42,807 nt of DNA. Origin: an uncultured Spirochaetia bacterium (lineage in GTDB: Bacteria > Spirochaetota > CALGPD01). The stretch's first letter is position 1, and every line of letters starts with the position of its first letter. The stretch is taken from assembly GCA_964449345.1 (NCBI GenBank), contig CAYUYT010000002.1:1-42807 (forward strand). Reading direction: 5' to 3'. The position numbers were made by a program, and so were the translations under genes. Under the pieces are notes generated by a model. That model was given only the letters and a program-made list of their open reading frames with translations, did not search any database and had not been told where the DNA came from. Shown piece by piece: positions 38,164 through 42,807 of the stretch.

Positions 38164-39477
38164 CTATTTTCCATGTTTTTTCCTCAAACTTTCAATCCAC
38201 TCGAGATACTTTTTTACGTTGATTTCCTTGCCGTTTTCAGTAGGCGTATAAAAATCAAGCTGTGTTTCAAGATAATTTTGCTCTACCCAATGACCGGGAT
38301 AATCATGAGGGTATTTATACCCTAAACCGTGACCTAATTTTTTTGCACCTTTGTAATGCGAATCCTTTAAATGAGAAGGCACTTGTAGCATCTCGTTAGT
38401 ATTAACGTACTCAATTGCTTTGCCGATTGCAATTGTTGTGGAATTGGATTTAGGCGAACCGGCTAAAAAAGTAACAAGTTGGGCTAAAATTAAACGTGAT
38501 TCGGGCATACCTATTTTTTCAACCAGAGAATAAGCAGATTCTGCAAAAGTTAACGCAAAGGGCTCGGCAAGGCCAACGTCTTCTGCGGCAAATATTGCGC
38601 ATCTCCTAGCAATAAAACTAATTTCTTCGCCGGCTTCAAGCATTCTTGCAAGGTAATAAAGCGAAGCGTTCACATCACTGCCCCGCATACTTTTGATAAA
38701 CGCGCTAATAATATCATAGTGAAAATCTCCGTCACGGTCATATAAAACCCCGCGCCTTTGAATACTTTGCTCTGCATCTTCCCGAGTAATAACAATCTCG
38801 CCCTTATCGTTTTCCGGCGTTGTTAATACGGCAATTTCAAGCGCGTTTAAAAGCCGTCTTGAATCACCGCCGGATTGTAAAATTAAAAAATCCAGAACCC
38901 TATCTTCCATTTTTACCTTTTTGTTTCCTAGTCCGCGTTTTTTATCATTCAAAGCGTTTTGGGCAATTTGCTTAAGAGATTTTTCATCGAGAGGTTTTAA
39001 TTCAATAAGCGTCGTTCTTGAAGCGAGTGCCGGAACTAAATAAAAAAACGGGTTGAAAGTCGTTGCCCCGATTAAAATAATATGCCCTTTTTCCACCGCT
39101 GGCAAAAGTCCGTCCTGTTGCGTTTTGTTAAACCTATGTATTTCGTCAATAAAAACAATTGTGCGTTTTGAATACATTTCTGCGTTGTCTTTTGCCTGAT
39201 TTATAACCTGCCTTAATTCTTTTAAACCATGAGTTACAGCGTTAAGAACCACAAACCCTGCTTTTGTGATATTTGAAATTACGTTTGCAATACTCGTTTT
39301 GCCGCACCCCGGCGGACCGTATAAAATAATCGAGGTAAGGCGGTCTGCTTCAATTAATCTGCGCAAAGCTTTTCCCTGTCCTGTAACGTGTTCCTGACCG
39401 ACAAACTCATCAAAACTAACGGGTTTCATGCGCTCTGCAAGTGGTTTTAGGGAATCATCCATTTTGAATAAGGTCAT
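38164..39477 (-). CDS. rarA: Replication-associated recombination protein A (MgsA/RarA)
   Basis: PLAERM, GPPGCGKT, FIDEIHRFNK, ISAFIKSMRGSD and YKYPHD motifs; start moved to 39477. Confidence 0.95.
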   Translation of the reverse strand: MTLFKMDDSLKPLAERMKPVSFDEFVGQEHVTGQGKALRRLIEADRLTSIILYGPPGCGKTSIANVISNITKAGFVVLNAVTHGLKELRQVINQAKDNAEMYSKRTIVFIDEIHRFNKTQQDGLLPAVEKGHIILIGATTFNPFFYLVPALASRTTLIELKPLDEKSLKQIAQNALNDKKRGLGNKKVKMEDRVLDFLILQSGGDSRRLLNALEIAVLTTPENDKGEIVITREDAEQSIQRRGVLYDRDGDFHYDIISAFIKSMRGSDVNASLYYLARMLEAGEEISFIARRCAIFAAEDVGLAEPFALTFAESAYSLVEKIGMPESRLILAQLVTFLAGSPKSNSTTIAIGKAIEYVNTNEMLQVPSHLKDSHYKGAKKLGHGLGYKYPHDYPGHWVEQNYLETQLDFYTPTENGKEINVKKYLEWIESLRKKHGK

Positions 39478-39630
39478 AGTGAAATAATATACTAAACAAA
39501 CCATAAATACAAAAACAATTGACGATTTGAGCTTAAATTTCAAATTAACTAAAAGTTCCATTTTATCTTAATCTTAAAATTACTTACTAAAAGCATAAGT
39601 TTTTTTCCCGTTTTCCCGTAAAAACTTATA

Positions 39631-39720
39631 AAAAGTCAAAAGTCACGAAAAGTCACAATGTTAACGAAAAAGTCACAATGTTAACAGAAAGGTAACTTTG
39701 GGTAACAAAGGTAACTTTTG
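39631..39720. repeat. Phased short direct-repeat array in a divergent promoter region
   Basis: AAAAGTCA x4, AAAAGTCACAATGTTAAC x2, GGTAAC x3. Confidence 0.7.
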
Positions 39721-39783
39721 ATGTTTTTTTTTAAAAAAATGCTTTAAAATTTATAATACAATTTTTTTAAATTAAGGCGTTTT

Positions 39784-41985
39784 ATGGGGTTATTCTATCA
39801 TCCGTGTGATGTAATTTTTAAATCAAAATTTAAACATAAATTTATAATATATTACATAAAAATATTTGTTCTCGTCATCTTATTTCTATTATTTGCCACT
39901 AGTATTTTTCCGGCAAAAAAAATAAAAAAAGAAAAAGTTAGCTCTCCTAAAATTTCACATTCTTCGGGAACCTATTACAAAGAATTAAAAATTGAAATAA
40001 AATCAAAAACTAAAAACGCAAAAATATACTATACAATAGACGGAAAGCCGCCGCTTAACAAAGGTGGGCAGCCGCACAGAAAAGCAAAGTTATATAAAAA
40101 TCCCGTGTTAATTAATAAATCCTGTAAATTAAAGTGCGTTGCTTTTAAAAAAGGAAGCAAAGCCAGCAAAACAGTAACAGCAGAATACACGTTGAAAATG
40201 CCTTCACTTGCGTTTTCCTTAGATAAAACCGAGTATTACAACGAACAAAAACTGGAAATTAAGTTAAAGCACGTTGAAAAAAATAAAATTTCCCGCTATT
40301 CCATTTTTTATACAACAGACGGTAGCGAACCCGCACACAAAAACGGGAAATCCCTTGAAAACACAAAATTATACAAGGATAAAATTGAAATTGACAAAAC
40401 AACTACGGTTAAAGCCGTTGCTTATAAAAAGGCCTGGGAACAAAGCCAAATCATATCAAAAGAGTTTGTAATTAAAATAAGCCCTGTTGATTTTTCTCAT
40501 AAAGCCGGGGAACATTTCAAGGGTATAGATTTAGAGTTAACGGGTAAAACTAAAAACGCAAAAATATTTTATACAACAAACGGGAGTGAACCGGAACACC
40601 ACAACGGAAAACCAAAGGGTAATACAAAAATATACAACGAAAAAATAAAAGTATATGAAACGAAAACCATTAAAGCGTTTTCATGGAAAAAAGGGTTAGG
40701 AGCATCCGAAACAACGGAAAAAAAATTCGTTATTAATAAAATAGCGGGTAAAAAAATATTTATTTTACAATTTATTAAGAAAAAAAACTCCGAAGATTAT
40801 GCTTTTGGCAAATCCGTTCCAAGAAGTATTAGAAGCGTACTTCGAAAAAATAATAAAGTTAAATATTCTTCTAAATCCATGTCAAATCAAAAACTATTGA
40901 AAAGAAAATTTCAATTCATTATTAAAGGCAAATATATAGTCCGTAAAGGAAAAATGCGTGTTCAATTTTCCGTTGTTCACTTAAAAAAAGATAAACCCGT
41001 TTTAATCGCAATTGCTAACGGCTACCCGGACTACCGTATGTTTAGATTAATAGATTCCATTGCCGGACTTGTAAATAAACAATTAAATAAAAAAATAAAA
41101 ATACTTTTATCCAGAGTTTTAATCCTCACAATTGATCCTAAAGGAAAAATAAAGCGAAGCAATAGAAATAGTTTAGACGGTTTTGACCTATCCGATTTAA
41201 ACTTAAAAGGCATAAAGTTAACGAGAAGAAATTTAAGCAATATTAATTTTCATAACAGTGATTTAACTGATGCGAATTTAAGCCATTCAAATGTCAGGGG
41301 CGTTAATTTCAGCGGGATAAAATATGACGGAATGAAAAGCATGAAAAGCTGTTTAAATTTCACCGAAGCAAAGGGAATAAGCATGGGAATGCTTAATCAG
41401 GTTTACGTTCACGATTTCTTTATAACAGCCGGGCTTGGATTCGGTGCGTCTGAAATTTATTCAAGTTCTGCATACAACGTAGAACTTAGCCAGCTCGGGT
41501 TGACCACCGAAGCAAATCACGGTTTTTCCTTTAAAGTTAAAGCCGGAGTATGGTGGTTTATGCACGAGTATTTCGGCTTGTTCGCTTATGCTTCTTTTGA
41601 ACATAACATATTAATCGAAAAAATACCGGCTTATCAAAGCGTTTCAGCGCACGATGAATATTACAAAATTAATTATTTAATAATAAACGCAGCAGGGGCA
41701 CTTAGGTTAAGTAATTTCACTTTTTTTGTTGGGTTTTTTATGGGTTTTCCCTTAGGTTTTAATAAAGACGAAGATGAATTTTACAGCATTAGGACAACGC
41801 TCGGCTTAGGCGCAGGTTTAGGGTATAAATTCCGTTTAAGCATGAAAACGTATATTTACGTGGGCTTTGAATACAAACTTCATTTCTTAAAATGGGGTTC
41901 ATCAGACAAATTCGAAGACGGAACCGGGGGAAGCAAGTTCATGACATTTTATCTCGATGTATCTTTTTTACTAGGGTTATTTTAG
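39784..41985 (+). CDS. Mosaic surface protein: 3 chitobiase-C/Fn3-like repeats, pentapeptide repeats, C-terminal beta-barrel
   Basis: IYYTIDG, IFYTTDGSEP and IFYTTNGSEP repeats; LSNINFHNSDLTDANLS; alternating aromatic strands ending in Phe; start uncertain. Confidence 0.78.
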   Translation: MGLFYHPCDVIFKSKFKHKFIIYYIKIFVLVILFLLFATSIFPAKKIKKEKVSSPKISHSSGTYYKELKIEIKSKTKNAKIYYTIDGKPPLNKGGQPHRKAKLYKNPVLINKSCKLKCVAFKKGSKASKTVTAEYTLKMPSLAFSLDKTEYYNEQKLEIKLKHVEKNKISRYSIFYTTDGSEPAHKNGKSLENTKLYKDKIEIDKTTTVKAVAYKKAWEQSQIISKEFVIKISPVDFSHKAGEHFKGIDLELTGKTKNAKIFYTTNGSEPEHHNGKPKGNTKIYNEKIKVYETKTIKAFSWKKGLGASETTEKKFVINKIAGKKIFILQFIKKKNSEDYAFGKSVPRSIRSVLRKNNKVKYSSKSMSNQKLLKRKFQFIIKGKYIVRKGKMRVQFSVVHLKKDKPVLIAIANGYPDYRMFRLIDSIAGLVNKQLNKKIKILLSRVLILTIDPKGKIKRSNRNSLDGFDLSDLNLKGIKLTRRNLSNINFHNSDLTDANLSHSNVRGVNFSGIKYDGMKSMKSCLNFTEAKGISMGMLNQVYVHDFFITAGLGFGASEIYSSSAYNVELSQLGLTTEANHGFSFKVKAGVWWFMHEYFGLFAYASFEHNILIEKIPAYQSVSAHDEYYKINYLIINAAGALRLSNFTFFVGFFMGFPLGFNKDEDEFYSIRTTLGLGAGLGYKFRLSMKTYIYVGFEYKLHFLKWGSSDKFEDGTGGSKFMTFYLDVSFLLGLF

Positions 41986-42002
41986 TTATTAAGGAAACAA
42001 AT

Positions 42003-42807
42003 ATGAAATATCTAAAATTAAAGCTAATTGTTTTAATAATTTTAATTCTAAATCCTCTTATAAATGCAGAAAAGAAAAAAATTCCCGGACCTAAAGACGG
42101 ACGCTTAATTCAAGGCGTTGTTATTAATAAAAAAACAGGCAAGCCCGCAGAAGGAGAAGTTTTAGCAATACCAGCAGATGACCAAGACGGAAAAATGTAT
42201 ACATTTGCAACGGGAAAAGACGGCAAATTTGCTTTCCGCATTCCAAAAAAGGGTAAATACATAATCCGCGTTAATGTGCCTGAATGCAAAGTTTTTCTAA
42301 AAAAAATAAAGAAAAAAGAAAACTGGAAACAAAAAACCGTTGCCGTTACTCCTAAACCAAAACCTAAAAAGCCAAAACCAAAACCGGAAGAACTTAAAAA
42401 AATCGGTGTAATCGCCTATAAAGAAACAACGAACTTCGCTAAGGGGCTTAGTAAAAAAACCTTAGTTATGTTAAACGTTTTTAAAAACGTAAAAGCGCCG
42501 GAGAAAAAACCGGATAAACCAAAACCAGTACGGCGGAACGTTATTTCAAAAGAAGAAATCGCGTTTATAGAAAACGTAAAAATAAGGTTTAAATTCAAAA
42601 CCCTTCTTATACCCAAAAAGCACTATGAAACACTATTTAGAATCGCGGCAATACTTAGAAAATATCCCGATGTTAATATACAAGTTCAAGGCCATACTGA
42701 TATTATGCACAGCGTTTATAGAAAACTAAATTACCGTATAGCGTATAACCGCGCGTTAATTGTGCAGAAGTTTTTCGTTTTCGCGGGGAGAATACCTTCA
42801 TCACGCA
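42003..42807 (+). CDS. OmpA-family peptidoglycan-binding exported protein (runs off the window; absent from the ORF track)
   Basis: MKYLKLKLIVLIILILNPLINA leader, carboxypeptidase-regulatory-like domain, Pro/Lys linker, QVQGHTD…NYRIAYNRA; AAGGA RBS. Confidence 0.85.
   Translation, partial: MKYLKLKLIVLIILILNPLINAEKKKIPGPKDGRLIQGVVINKKTGKPAEGEVLAIPADDQDGKMYTFATGKDGKFAFRIPKKGKYIIRVNVPECKVFLKKIKKKENWKQKTVAVTPKPKPKKPKPKPEELKKIGVIAYKETTNFAKGLSKKTLVMLNVFKNVKAPEKKPDKPKPVRRNVISKEEIAFIENVKIRFKFKTLLIPKKHYETLFRIAAILRKYPDVNIQVQGHTDIMHSVYRKLNYRIAYNRALIVQKFFVFAGRIPSSR

Noticed and set aside
39631-39720. Possible CRISPR array
   Set aside because: Repeats are ≤18 bp with no unique spacers, and no cas genes are present.

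Overview
AT-rich bacterial chromosomal window, probably from a spirochaete. This is an inference from the FapA/DUF342 protein, LipL45-like FecR lipoprotein, CHASE2 adenylate cyclase and spirochaete-style lipoboxes. The first ~2.4 kb is an accessory patch: two structured attC-like repeats with compensatory stem changes bracket a fungal-Tyr1-type prephenate dehydrogenase and a frameshifted Glu/Leu/Phe/Val dehydrogenase remnant. The rest is mostly housekeeping (short metH, tRNA-CAT, yrbG, ferredoxin, M24 peptidase, yajC-secD-secF, prmA, purS, rarA). Four things stand out. (1) Two signal-peptide-bearing protein-L-isoaspartate methyltransferases sit next to a ~14-TM spermidine-synthase-like membrane methyltransferase, a candidate extracytoplasmic SAM-dependent repair/modification system. 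(2) An exact 103-bp inverted repeat pair (MITE-like, TA-bounded, 26-bp central palindrome) encloses two orphan response regulators. (3) A degenerate palindromic repeat family recurs in at least four intergenic regions. (4) A ~10-bp-phased GT(C/A)AC array lies between rarA and a mosaic surface protein. No integrase, transposase or CRISPR array was seen. All calls come from reading the sequence by eye; no searches were run.
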